This document shows, piece after piece, positions 47,960 through 62,055 of a stretch of 64,000 nucleotides of DNA. Within the stretch, counting starts at the first letter, position 1, and every line of letters begins with the position of its first letter. A program made the position numbers and the translations under genes. The stretch is from Lingula anatina (taxonomy: Eukaryota > Animalia > Brachiopoda): assembly GCA_051362555.1 (NCBI GenBank), contig CM120640.1, positions 67,000,788 to 67,064,787 of the forward strand, in the 5' to 3' direction. Under the pieces are notes generated by a model. That model saw only the letters and a program-made list of their open reading frames with translations. It made no database searches and was not told the DNA's origin.

Positions 47960-50900
47960 ATGTCTGTTGGAGAAGAAGCAGTTGAGGTATGTGTCACTTT
48001 GGTTGGGTGCTAAAACACTGATTTTATTGAGGTTATTTTGTTAGAAAAGAAAGTTTGAAGAGGTATTCAAAGAATTGGTTTCAATAAGAATTTTTGTTGA
48101 AGGGACTTTTTGCATAAAAACTGCTGACTACATTTTTAATGACTTGAGACTGGGCACTCGGGGAATTTTTGTCTTGTTTCAATTGGAAAGAACTGGTTAG
48201 TAATTGCTTGTTTAGCCCTTTTATAAACAGTAGCTATTTTTATATAATATACCTGATACTAGCTAATGCTGGATAAACCTAATAAAGAATGTTCTTTTAT
48301 TTATATATTTATATTAACCATAGTACAGAGAGCCTACAAATGTATCATATGTACCAATGAGAGCTCAATAAATTATATTATTATTATTATGAAGATGATG
48401 ATGATGATGATGAAATAGTATGGAATAGTTGTTATTATTGGCCATCCATTTACTTTTTACTTCTTGGAAAGAAAATGATTTGAATGTTCCTATTTTAGGG
48501 TGATAATTAGGCTCTTAAGTTTGATATTGTTGAAAAGTCTCTGTTCACATTACTTAACAAGTGTTTAATACCGTTTTCCATTTGCAGTGCAGTATTGAAG
48601 GTAATTTTTGTCTTAAGGCCCATATGCAGGATTTTCAGATGAAGAAAAACAGAATAGATTATTGGAGAGCTTTTATGAATCATTTCACTTGTTTTAAGTG
48701 GAGATAACTGTGAAAGTTAGTTATTGACTCTATTTTCCCTCCAAATCAGAGTTTTCTTTATAAAGATAATTTTTTTCTAGATCATATGGCCTATCCTTGC
48801 ACTTGGTTTTGATGTTTTGTAAAAATGTTTCTTAAATTCATAAATTAGTTTCTAAATGACTAGCCAGGCACTGAGCCTGCCATGCCTTTGGGGACATTTT
48901 AGAAGGAAAATTTGACATCAGGTTCTACATTTGAAGGGTGTTATAGTTTATAAGGTCATATTGAAAAAAAATAACTTACGTAGATTTGCAGGATATATAG
49001 ACAGATGATTTTGGGACATTTTCAAATGCAGATAGAATACATTCAACAGTTATATGTAATGTGGCTATGTTCATTAGTACTGGCTATCTATACAGAAAAT
49101 AAACAGTGGAAATCCTTTACAGTCCATATGAAATGATTAATGTGAAACTTAAACAGTGACTCCCCATTAATTGCTTGGTAAGGTATGTATGCAATTTATA
49201 TGATATACAACATGATGCATTTATCATGAGCAAATATAGAATAATTTTCTCTTAATAGATGTTTGAATCTCTGACAGTAGGTCATGGTGATACTTATTAT
49301 TTATGTATATATTTATGATAAAACATATGAAGAAGCACCAGTTCGTACATTATTATTGTTATTGAAAGTTTGATTCCTTGTTGTTTCACTTCTTCATATA
49401 TCAGTGGATAAAATTGCATTATTTGAAGCAATTGGTGCTTCATGGAATATAAACATCCGATGATTTTATCTTTTAAGATTCAGCTAACACAGCTTTCATT
49501 GTTTCATGTACATACATAATGATGTATGAGAAGAAAAAATGTCTGCAGTGTACAGATTTTAAAGAATTATATACACATATGGGGAGCTGTGTCAGCATAT
49601 GGACACAGTAATACAGTTTATGTTCATTTACAATTACTGCTATTTCAACATAACAGCATATTTAGGCAAAGTAAGGTCAAGTAGTTTGACAGGGACAACA
49701 TTTGCAAATGATAAGATCTGTCCTCACTTGGAATGTGGACGTATCAAGGAAATAAGTAATTAAGTGCTTAATTACACTGTAATATGTGCCTTACAGATGC
49801 ATCCATGGTTGAAGGATATATACATGTTTGGTATATAACAGATATATTTATACAACTACATTTGCTGCATCATATGGATGGATCATTCTGAAACCATTTG
49901 TTATAAATACATGTGTAAATTTTTTATGATAAAAAATGGCACACTGAGAATAGCATGCAGTTAGTATTGATACATTGTGGTCTTCATTTTCACCAATACT
50001 CCCTGCTTGTGTTTTATTGTATTCATTTAGATATTTATGTAGGCAAACTAGAGTATCTTATTTAATTGTATGACTTAAAATGTATTAATTGTTCACAGTG
50101 TTCCGGAATATCAATATTAAAATAAATCATAACTCTTATAATTTCAGTGTCCTCTGTGTATGGAACCTCTGGAGATTGATGACATTAACTTTTTCCCTTG
50201 CACCTGTGGTTATCAGGTAAGTGGTATGGTTTTCAACTCTGTTAATAGTTTATAGTAAAGGGATATATTGTATTTTCTGAAATCCAGCCGATAGCATAAC
50301 AATGAAGTCTTTGTCAAATCGCTTGTATAAGAATCGACAACTGGAAAGGCATTCTTATTTTTAAGTTAACAAAACATTATAATAGCATAAATGCTATGTC
50401 TTACGTCTCCAGTATAAAAAGTAGAATGTTTTCCTAGAAGAGTGATACAGATTGCTTCAAAGCATTCATTCATTCATGAGATGATCAGTTGAAAGCTTGT
50501 GGCATTTTTAATATGCTCAGAAAAATAACACAGAAAAAAGCATAGGCACATAATTATTGATTATCTCAGGATTATGTATTTCATGGTCTATCTATTACTA
50601 ATCACAGCAAATTGTCCATGAGAAATTAACTATTTGGATTATGGATTTAAAAAAAAAACAGTAATAGTTGCAGTTAATTTGAGCGGTAAATCTGCATAGT
50701 TGCCAAGGTGCTTTCATTCTTATCACCATGATTTCCTTCTCCTTTTAGAGAGTATCTAGCTTTCAATCTATTATTGCTTGCACACTTTTGTTATCATTGA
50801 AGAAAGATATTTTCCAATACGTTATTAGTTAGCTATATTTATAAATGTGTTTCTTGATTTCAGATTTGTCGTTTTTGTTGGCATCGTATCAGAACAGATG

Positions 50901-53900
50901 AAAATGGTCTGTGCCCTGCTTGCAGAAAGGTAGGTCATTTGTCTGATAGTATAAAGTATAAAGCATGTAGATATAAATAATTTTTCAAAATGTTTAAAAG
51001 ATAACTTTTATTGATCTAGCTTCAAATAAAGACTTGAGGCTTCATATCTTTTCATAGCTGTTGGACTTTTTTTTTAAATATTGTACCAATAGTTAAATTT
51101 TGCTATTGTACATACCAATTAGATACAAATATATATTTATTATGAATAAATTTCTTTATTATAGCAATACCCAGAAGACCCTGCAGAATTCAAACCTTTG
51201 ACAGAAGATGAGTAAGTTATTTTGTTTTAGATTAAAATAAGTTAATGACATACCTATTGATAACATGTAAGGCATTGGTGTTTGAAATATGAAAAGAATA
51301 TATAGCATCATTTTAAGGTGTTTGGAGCAGGAAAAGAATATATATATATATATATATATATGGCAGCAATGCAACTTATCAGGACAGTTGATGGAAAGGT
51401 TTCTAAGCATAAAAAGAACATTGTATTTATGAAACACTAGTCATTATAACAAATGTAGTGACAGAATGCCTCAATTGCCAGTTCCTGACTGTAATTACTA
51501 TTCTCGCTAGTATTTCATGCTTTTTTCTTAGATAATTGTTTGTAATTGAACCATTGTGTAAATTGCTTTCTTTATTTTAATGTTCATGGTTTATTTTCCT
51601 AATCTGAGCATTAACAGTTGAAAGTGTGTTTGCTTTGTTTTGAGTCCTTGACAGTTTGGTTAAAGGCTTCAAGTGATATAACAAGTAATGTACAGTAGTT
51701 TTTGCATTTGTATGACTTCACAGTTTCATCAGCTCTTATGTTACCATTTTTATGCTGTCACTGGAAAGATAATCATTTATTAATGTGAAAAATAGTTCCA
51801 AAGTGTACTATTGACATATAGCTGATATTTTGAAAACTTAATATTATGTAGAAGTTTAGGTTGATATTTGGCTTAAAATGTGTTACATATTTGGTATTGG
51901 CACTTGTGAATGAAATATGGATTTTGAAGTAAGCAAGGGACAGGTATTATTTATTCATAATTTAATTCTTTGATCAAAGATGTAGAGATAAAGTGAATTG
52001 TGAAGTCCTCTGGGTTATTTTAGTCTCTTATGAGAACAAAACTATTGTCAGTTGTCACTTGAAGCTCCATTTGTCATTCAAGGTGAAAAATGGATCAAAA
52101 CTGATGTGTGAAATTATCTTCTTACTTGCCAGGGTACTAGCTACCAGTTATTTATATAATGTAATTATTTTTCCTCATCTTAAGGGAAGATCATTTGTTA
52201 GTTGTATTGGTTATACTTTTTTTCATATTGCCAACTTTGTTAGTTTCATATTTGGTAATATTATCTCTTAAAAGGAGATTCTTTTTTTGTCAGGTTGCAA
52301 AGGATCAGGAAAGAAAGACGCCAGAAAGACCTTCAGCGCAAACAAAAAGCAGCAGAAAACAGAAGACACTTGGCAAATGTCAGGTTTGTAAAAATGATCA
52401 CTTTTTTTTTTTTTTTTTTTTGTTAAACACAAGAAAAAAGTCAGTAAACACATCTTGTCAGAGACCACAGTGTTAAAAATACTTATTACACTATTTTTTA
52501 ATACGAGTACTATGGTTTCTTGCAGTTTGGTGTAAGAGTGGTGTAAATTGTCTTAATATGCAATATGTAAAGAACTACTATATTTGACAAAGTGCTTTAT
52601 TGTTTTGAAGGTTTTAACTTTTTATCTTTCTTTTCACAGAGTTGTGCAGAAGAATCTTGTTTTTGTTGTTGGCCTTTCCCAGAGGCTAGCAGAGCCAGAG
52701 GTTCTTAAAAAGCATGAATATTTTGGAAAATTTGGAAAGATCATTAAAGTGGTGATCAATCAAAGTACTTCATATGCAGGAGCGCAGGTAATGAAACAAT
52801 GCAAACACTTTACATTAGGAAAGTAACATCAAAAAGAAAATTGTAGGTCATTTAAGTTATTATATAATCACTCCAAAGACAATTTATTACAGTTTCAAAC
52901 ATAAGGGAAATTGTTAATCTCACAGAATGGAATTATTCAAATGAAAATTGAGCTTGAATTACCCATTGTAGTCAGATGTGTAAAAATGAAAAAAGGCTAA
53001 AAAGATTGATGTAAGTTCTTTTATTTAAGGGTCCTAGTGCAAGTGCGTATGTGACATATCTCAAACCAGAGGATGCTTTAAGAGCCATACAGACCGTGAA
53101 CAATGTGCATGTTGATGGGAGGACACTGAAAGCTTCTTTGGGGACAACTAAATATTGTAGTCACTTCCTAAAAGGGACACAATGTCCCAAGCCGGTAAGC
53201 GTGTGTTTTTTCCAATTATTATTTTATTTCAGTTTTTTTATGCCAACTTTGATTTGACCATTAATGTTAAACAATAATGATGGGTGTCTTCTGGAAATTC
53301 TTGTATTTGTGTAATGCAGCTTATAAATTTCTTTCCAGGACTGCATGTATTTACATGAACTTGGGGAGGAAGCTGCGAGTTTTACCAAAGAAGAAATGCA
53401 ACAAGGGTAATGATGATTTGTTATGATGATATGAATCAGGAAACATTTAAAACTTAATAAAAATACAGCAAAGTAATTTTACGTTTTTATATTAATTGAA
53501 ATTAGTATGAGTTTATTCCAGAACAACTGGACGTATGGATTGAAGAAACAGTTGTGTTTAAATGATGTGCTGTAGTATTTTGTGTTTATGTAATCTTTTG
53601 CTCTTGGTTTTCAAACATAGTGATTTCTTGGAGTTTAACATCTTCACTTGTTTTTGTAGAAAACATCAAGAGTATGAACAAAAGTTACATGAAGGCTACT
53701 TGAATAGTATCAATGCTGCTCAACAGGCTACTGTAGGGAAAGTGCAACCAGCTGCAACAGGACAGCAAAGGTGGGAATATTACATAGGATTTAAGTTTAG
53801 AAAAAAAAAACTGCATTCTTCTAAAATAAAATGAATAGACTCTCCTTTACAAAACAAATATTGTATTATAATTATTTATTGGGGGCTGTAGCAATAGTCC

Positions 53901-56900
53901 AAAGGCTCAATAGTCCAAAGGTTCATTGGTCCGAATGTTCACTACAGAACCTTCAGACCAATGAACCCTTGATTAAAAAACCGATGAAAATGTTACCGTT
54001 TTTCGGACCAATGAACCTTCGGACTATCGAGACGCCCCCATTTATTGTGTTATAATTGTAGCAGAAAGAAGACTGTGTCCCCAACAGCACTGACGCAGCC
54101 ATCTTCTACCCAGTCAGCACCCACAAATCCCCCACCAAATTCAACTTGCAAAGATGCTTGGCCTTCACTACACAGTACAGCCAAACCAGAGCGTCTTACG
54201 AATGGCAATAAATCTAGTTCTACACAGGCTTCAGAAAACCTTGTTGACTCTCCTCCTCCTGCTCCTTCACCAACACAGAACAAAGCTCCTGGGAATCATA
54301 GAAGAAAACCGTCAAATGAAAATAATGAAAGGTGAAATTAACGACTGAAAAAAAAAAATTGGTCAAAATAGATTGAATTTCTTATTTGGTAATGATCATA
54401 GCAGGATAACATTTATAGCAGACTTGGCAAACTAATTTTGTTTTGATGTTAAATGCATTGATGAACATTAAATATAATACATGGCATTGTTTTTACTGCA
54501 GTAAATCTAAAGACAGTGTAGGCCAAAAAGATATACCATCAAAGCAGTCGTCACCCCCCTCACAGATGCCCCCACACCCCCACCCACACCCCCAGTTGTC
54601 TCTGGGAGCTGCCAGAAAATTGCCTTTTGGACAGTCTGACAGTCTGTCCCTGTTTACAAACAGTGGTGGCTTTTCTTCAAACAGAAACCCCAAACCACAG
54701 TTACCATCACAACACACAGGTGGGTACACAGGTTTTCTTGATAATATGTCTCTTTTATTTTACTTTCATTGGTTAAGTAGTCCTTATAAGTGAATTTCAT
54801 GTTTTGTAGCAACTGGGTTACTGTTGTCTCTCAGCTCCCCCAGAGGCTTCTCTATCATGTAGAACTTCACAATCTTGTATAGATTGCAAAACTTTGTTGT
54901 TACTCTTTTTAGCAAAATTTATAAAATTTCTTTGTAAAAGGCCTTTTTATTTAGCTTCACTGTGTACAAAAATAGTGTAGCAACAATTTTCTTAATGGCG
55001 GCTTTGTTTCAGACTCTGTACCCACAACAGAAATACCCGAGACAATTGCAGTTTCAAGTTCAACAGACTGGAGTGCAGCTTTTGGTTTTTCTTCCTCTTC
55101 TGCAGCGACAAATGATGATGATCTAGGTAAATTAAATTTTTTTCTTACTTGAATGAAGTACTTCAACCATAAAATTGCACAGAATGTTTCGTGCCAATGC
55201 TATACAGATCAGGATGAATAAAGCCTCTACTTGACCTTTGAAATGATTTTAAAGCAGTGAGCAATTTGGTTTATATAACATAGACTGTAATTTATTATGA
55301 ACTATTCTTCACTTTTGAGTGGTAAGGTGTTGATCTTAATGTAGGTTTCGATCCGTGGGATGAGTCATCCAAAGCTCTTGCAGACCTGATACAGATAGAA
55401 ACGGCTCTGAAAGTTCCTCATACAGCACCCCCTCAGCAGGGACAGTTCATCCCCCCACAGCCAACAGCAGTTAGAAGTCTTCCACCAGGGTTTGCCCCTC
55501 AACATTATGGCATGCCTGGAAAATTAGGTAAATGTATACACAATGAACAGAAAGTACAATTGTTAACAAGCATTGCAAGTTGATTTGTGTCAAGTTCATT
55601 TACTACTATGAATAATCTCATTATGCAGGAAATATTAGTATTTCCTTTTAAGGCCAATATTAGATTTTTAACCAAGCCAGCAATGTCCTTGTATATCCTG
55701 CATTCTTTAAACCTTTGCTTGATTGCTGTTTCATACAGATCCTAATGGTAGTAGAATGCTGGGTCTAATGCAGTTGCCTATTCAAACCCCTCTGTCACAC
55801 CCATTTAGTGGGACAGTACCTGAGATGGCTGCAGGGGCACCAGCTAACAGAGATCATGTGAATGGAAACAAAAATACAGTAAGTTTATTTAGATATATTT
55901 GTGCATGTTTCTTAAACAGTTCTTATCAGTTTCTGATCGTTTAACAATCAGACATGTAATGACTAATCCAACCTTTTTAAATGATTGTGCTTCATGTGTG
56001 TGGAACGTTTCTCTACAGCAAGGGGATTACCTATTTTGTTGTGATAATTAGACATAATTCTATGGTTTTTAGGGTGATGCATTCAGCAAAGACTTTCAAG
56101 ATGGACTTAGAGCATTATTACCAAATATCAATATAAGTTTTGGTGCTCCACAACAACCACAACAGACTCGAACCACACAACAACCCAGGCCACAACAACA
56201 GCAGCAACAACAACAACAACAACAACATAACAGTAAGTGAATATGTGTAAACCAGTTGTTGTTGTTTGTTATTGGCATTTTCTTTTTTAATGAGATTCAG
56301 TTTGGAATCCAGAATAGAATAAAAAGTCTGGTCCAGATGGAATTGATTAAAGGTGATTTAAAACTATTTCTACTGAAGTGGAAGAGTGACAGGCAAATAT
56401 GACTTGCAGAGGCTTTAGTTTGTTTCATGCCATTGGAATAATTTTGTGGTTTCAGTGAAAAGTAACCTGTCACTTCTACTTTAAAAAGAAATAGTTTTGA
56501 TATAGTTTGTTAACTTCTCTCAGAAGTTTTTGTTTTTTCAAAAGTTCACTTGTCTCTTTTAGATTGTATGCTACTCACTGTCCTAATTTGTGTTCATTTT
56601 TTTTTTTTTTTTTTGACTGGCTGCTAAACTAAATTCACCTATTAGTATAGTATTCATAACGGTGTGAATGTCATTCTTAGAAAGTATTTAAATGAATCTT
56701 TTTATGCAAACTTTATGCCTAATTTAAAAAATTGGGTCCCTCACAACCTGTCCTCTTATAAGAGGCTAGCATAATAATATTGCATGCAATCAAAATGCCG
56801 TTTGGACATAGAGTATAAGTTAAAAAAGAACTAGAGAGATGAAGTACTTTTCTACTTCTGCAGATTGGCGAGAATCCTCTGCATCCTCTCAAGATTTATC

Positions 56901-57974
56901 TTGGTTAGGATCCGACCCAGCTATAGTCACATCTGGTAAAATTACCACCAGTAAGACATCAGACTTTTCTCTACTTTGCATAGTTCTGTCGTTTTATCTT
57001 CAAGGAAGTAGTGTTCATTTTGACTGAAGCAGCTTAGTAATTTGTGTAGTTTCTTTGAATAGAAGTTTTGTTTCTGGCAGCATGTTATGAACTGTGGTGT
57101 ATTTTTATTGTTCACTATATGTATTGTTTCACTGTTTAAAGTCTAGATGGTGTTTATTTCCTAACAGTCACCATATTAAAATATTTTATGTAATGGAAAA
57201 TATTTTTGTGGGTTTCAACATGGGTTTTGTAGGGTTGAAATGTTTAAACAAGAATATAAATTGATATTTCAGAGCTAAATTTTGACATATGTTTTTAGGT
57301 GATGTTTTATCTGAGAGTCCACCACACTGGATGAAATCTCTCCACCAGTTAACAGAGATAGAGTCCTCTCCTAATCATAATCACAGATTGCCATTTGTAC
57401 AACAGTTTCCCTTCAGAGGTCAGTGGAATAGTTGCAATTTCTGATATTATTACCAAGAACTAATAACTTTTCTAAAATTTTGATGCTTTTCTTGAAAATA
57501 AAATTTTAGATTTTTTATAAGTCAGTAAGGTATATGTTGTTTTGTGTATTGTTTAGCCCCCCAGGTGTGGCCCCCCCAGGTGCAGACTCCACCCCCAGGT
57601 TTTCAGACCCAACTCAGACCCCCAGCACAGTTTACAGAACAGCAGCAGTTGACAGAAGGTAAGATTAGGTTTAAATAAAAGACTAGTAATGAACATATAG
57701 TACTTGGGTACTAAGTCATGTTAAATGCTGTACAATGAGAATAACCTTGTGCGAGAACAAATAAAGAAGTGATAGAACCAATTATTTTATTTTGCAGTTT
57801 AACACTGTTCTTGTAAGAAAAAAGCCAGAAGTTACTGTTTGTCATGCTCTTTGGCTAATTAAATTCTGTGTGCAAGTTTCTGTAGAAGACATTGTTAATG
57901 TGAGACATATAAATTACTTTCACGGAATATGATAAACATCTATATGTAATATTTATTTTTCAGGACTTCAATGA
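47960..57974 (+). CDS. CNOT4: CCR4-NOT complex subunit 4, RING E3 ubiquitin ligase
   Basis: C4C4 RING CPLCMEPLEIDDINFFPCTCGYQICRFCWHRIRTDENGLCPACRK, RRM RVVQKNLVFVVGL, C3H1 finger LGTTKYCSHF...CPKPDCMYLHE, and C-terminal motifs DDDLGFDPWD, DGLRALLPNINISFG, DPAIV, PPHWMKSL, PPPGF. Exons: 47960-47986, 50148-50216, 50864-50929, 51165-51211, 52294-52383, 52640-52787, 53030-53194, 53339-53406, 53660-53770, 54062-54331, 54502-54719, 55013-55126, 55345-55527, 55739-55878, 56073-56232, 56864-56935, 57299-57418, 57557-57658, 57964-57974 (last exon uncertain). Confidence 0.96.
53882..54039. mobile_element. 8-bp-TSD MITE, copy 2 (CNOT4 intron)
   Basis: Same family as 28263-28436 but one 16-bp unit shorter. 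TSD ATTTATTG (53874-53881, 54040-54047). Confidence 0.9.
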
Positions 57975-60900
57975 TGAAACAGTTTTGGCTTCTATTTTAT
58001 GGAAATAAGCCTAGAGAAATGCCCCAGTTGAATTCTGTAACTTGTAATCTAATGCATATATTTACATTACTTCATGTCTAATTCATATAGATGTAGTAGT
58101 ATCAACTGAGAATAGACAGATTGTAAAACAGACTATGTGTGTGTCATTTGGTGATGTCAGACAAAATTATGGTGCTTTAAGGCAAGACGGAGCAGCCTTA
58201 TTTGTTCATGTAGTTGGTGAAATGCAGGTTGGAAGAAAAGGAATTGCAGATGAGTTTGTTAACAGAGAAACATGATTTAGTATGATCTTTATTTATATTT
58301 ATCAAGGTGGGCTTTTTAAGCAATACATTGACATCAGTTCAGTTATCCCAGTTCAGAATGCTTTACACATGTCATTGACTATGTTATATCACGAAGACTT
58401 GGCAAAACAAATTCACATCCATGTTTTAAAGTGGGGAAGAATTATGGAGAATCGGTATTATGAATAGACATTAAAACAGGACTATTGCCTTGTTTCTTTA
58501 TTTTACTCTTTTGCTATAACACAAGTCACACAGGGACTGATATGATGTTGTATTAGGTATTATGAAAATTTAAGCTGAAATATTTTATTGAAGTGAATTT
58601 CAAAGATTAACATTGAAAACTTCTCAAGTGAAACTTTTGAGTGGTATTTTAGGGGCATTTCTCTAGGTAAAGTGGACAGTTTTTTCCAGTTGGTAGCTTT
58701 AATTCACACCCAGTGTTGAAGGTTTCACCTCGCTTTTCATACAAACATAACCATATGATGTTAAGAGGGTAATTTGTGTGCTATTCAGTTCTTACTGCTG
58801 TGTTTTTTGGGGGAGGGTGGATTAAAAAGAAATTGATGGAGCACGAGGAAGGAAAATGAAAGCTTCAACTATATAATGGTAATACAGAGGGAATATTTGT
58901 AATGCATCGAGCCAGTTACTCATTTCTTACTGGCATCAATATGGAAGACGTTGTTGCCCTTTATTGAAGGGTTATTGTTAGCAGTGAAATGCATGGCCAA
59001 TTGTGTCAAATAAACATGTAACCTCAAATGCTGATTTATTTGTCATTTTGTTTGTCAACATGAAAAGTATCATAGCACTAGTTTGACTTATTGTTCACAT
59101 AAACCTCTTCTTTTAAAATATTATATTAAAATACAGGCGTGAAATTTTTCCGACTATTGGCACGTCAGACTTATTTGGTGTTGGTGCTTACAACAGTAAT
59201 GAGATTTTTCCCATTGGCAGATTTTCAACTTTTTGGGAGCTACAAGTCTCATCCCTGAAAAAGGCCTCTCTATTCTGGCTACCCATGTTCCTGCAACAAC
59301 ATTCAAAAATGTATTTTTTTTTTACTTTTGTTGAAAAATTTGAGTCGATATCCTATATATGGTTTTCTAAAAATTACAGGTGATTTATACATATCTAGGA
59401 AATCTTTGTTCAAAGTAAAAATGGTCAGTAGAGGAAAAACACAACACCAATTTTGTGAAATCCTGTCTTTTATTCCTTCCTCTACCCCTTCACTGACCAT
59501 CTGGTCTTCGTTTTTATTTGTGTGTGTATAATGTGAGCTAATGAAGTTATACAGGCTATAGCGAGCAAATGTAATAGAGATATTTGTGATATGCAAGGAA
59601 GTTGAAATTCTATAATATAAGCAAGAGATGTTTGACCACATTGCCAGCATATTCACACATACTATTGAGCACACATTAGAGTGAAAATCTGGTCTGCAGA
59701 AATGAGACTAAAGGTTCTCATTTCTTGGTTAATATTTCTAACCTTTTATAGTTGAATGTAATGAGAGATCTAGTATTTTACAGATAAACTGTACCTTAGG
59801 TACAAATAATCCACAGTCACCAAACGGGAGACGGCTTCCCATCCCTTTGACAGTTGAGATGGGTTTGTAATCTTGAGATTTTAATGTAGAACATCATTGG
59901 CTGACCAGTGCACTGCCCTTGAAGTATCCAGTAAAAGACTGGAAATGTATTGCACAGCACGTCACTAGATTTGCTACCTAAGGTACATTTACCATACAGA
60001 GACCAGCTAATAACTTCACATATCACATGGAAAAAACCTTCGCATTGCACCAGTTTACCAATATTGTATTATTGGACGCACCTTTTTTTTAACCTATAAT
60101 GCACCCATCTTTACTGCAGGGCAGTATTTTCAGTTTCCATTAATGGAAAGATCTTAACACTTTACATCAATAGTCTGACAAAGAATTGACCACTTTCCAG
60201 ATGTTTGCAAAGCTCTCTGTACATTATACTATACTGTCAAATGAGGATTGTAGACAAAAGGATCATCAATAACAATATTTGTGCATTTGGCATTGTGCTT
60301 TTACTCTATATAAAAGCATCAGTAAGTTGTCTTCTCTTAGTCTCTCCTAACGAATTGTGCTTACAGTGCAAAAGTACTCACAATTCACTATTTATTGTTC
60401 ATATTGGCAATTATTGCATCCTTCAACTCCCACAAAACTGATCCAAGTTTTCAGCACTGTGTCTTTTGGCAAAAATTAAGTCTTACCTTTGGCAAGGTTT
60501 GTGTTCTGTCATCATACTCAAATTAAAGGCTACAAAAAGCTTTAATATCCTACTTGTGCAAGAAAATATACAAAGTTATCAAGATTATATATAAACTTTC
60601 CACTTTTATCATATATAAATAGGTGTAAATATAGATTCAAAATTTCAAATAACTCAACATATCCACAATATGTAGTGATATTCAGCAGCTTTACATAAAA
60701 TCTACAAATATTATTTAAACTGAAATAAACAGTTCAGAGTATGTTTGAAAAAAAAATTACACTGATCCTTTGTACTCCAGAACATGTTTAACTAATGTTA
60801 TGAGCGTGCTTAGTAAAGTAATGAAGTATTATGATCATGATGCAATAGATAACAAAAAATCTGCTCATCAAGACTTTTGGCTAGTAGTGTTGTTTTTAGA

Positions 60901-62055
60901 TTTCAGATATAGATTAAATATAATTGATGGATGGAAAGATGTCAAAACTTAACAACACTTATCTGACAATCCTTCAGATCCTATATTCCAGTAGTTAAAA
61001 ATGAATTAAGTCTGAATCTGGGAATGTTCTTCAAATTATTGACTGGGGCAAAATGGTTTTTCTCCCAGTAAAATGATGGCATTCTTTTCCTATCCAAACA
61101 GTTGGAAGCCCTTTCTATCAGACAAATCTGATTTATAATCAATTCACCTGGTCTACTATCTTCCTTTATCAACAAGTTCAATCTAATGACCCAGTAATTC
61201 TTGTAATCTGCAACAAAAGCTGCATATTGTTTCTTTTCATCTGCTTGGTTGTTTAGTCCTGCTATTTATATGCCTATTCACAACCTAATATATATGTATA
61301 TATACACGTGGAGTGCTACTTTCAGTAATCACTTACTACACACAATGTCACAATACTCAATTCATGAAGTTTTTACCACTTGTAGTTCTTGTCATTCAGA
61401 GGTTTCAAAAAAACAGGAACAATGTTCATGGATTTTACATTGGACAAAGGAGTGACAGTTAAAGTGTCTAAATTTTGCAAGGTTAGTGCACCTGTGTCAG
61501 GAAAAAGATTTAATTTTAAGAGCTATTCTTGAAATCCCAACATATTAGGTTTTGACTGGATTTATGAATTCTCTTTTTATTTATGATATTGTAATACTAT
61601 AATATATGTAAATATCAATAATGCCAAGGCTTGAGTACAAATAGCAGATAACATACATGATAGAATATAATATGTTCATAAAGGTTAAAGATTCTGTGGC
61701 CCGATGGTAAAAAGAGGGACTTCAGTTAAGTGCCAACAAATCTCTATTTTATGAGCTTCTTCTGGTATAATCCAGTACACTGCCAGCAGATAAGCTTCCA
61801 TATAGTTTTATATTCTGTAACAAGGCAGTTTCCTGCCCCAAGGCAAAGACTTCATATTCATTCACGTAATCATCTCATTTTCCCTGCAATGTCCTACCAA
61901 TGTCCTCCTTTAAGGCACATCTGAAAAATCATAAGCAAAAATGGTTTTTAAATCGATTTCAACCTAAGATTAGAAAAATCATCTCATCTTTAAAAATTTT
62001 TAAATGAAATAATGCTCATCCAAACACCATATGTCAAAGCTTAAAGACCAATCAG

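Noticed and set aside
56096-56278. Poly-Cys ORF resembling a metallothionein
   Set aside because: It is the antisense reading of the CAA/CAG poly-Gln tract in a CNOT4 exon.
61875-61877. In-frame minus-strand TGA within an otherwise open stretch (possible selenocysteine)
   Set aside because: No selenoprotein similarity or SECIS seen; the flanking peptide is unrecognisable.
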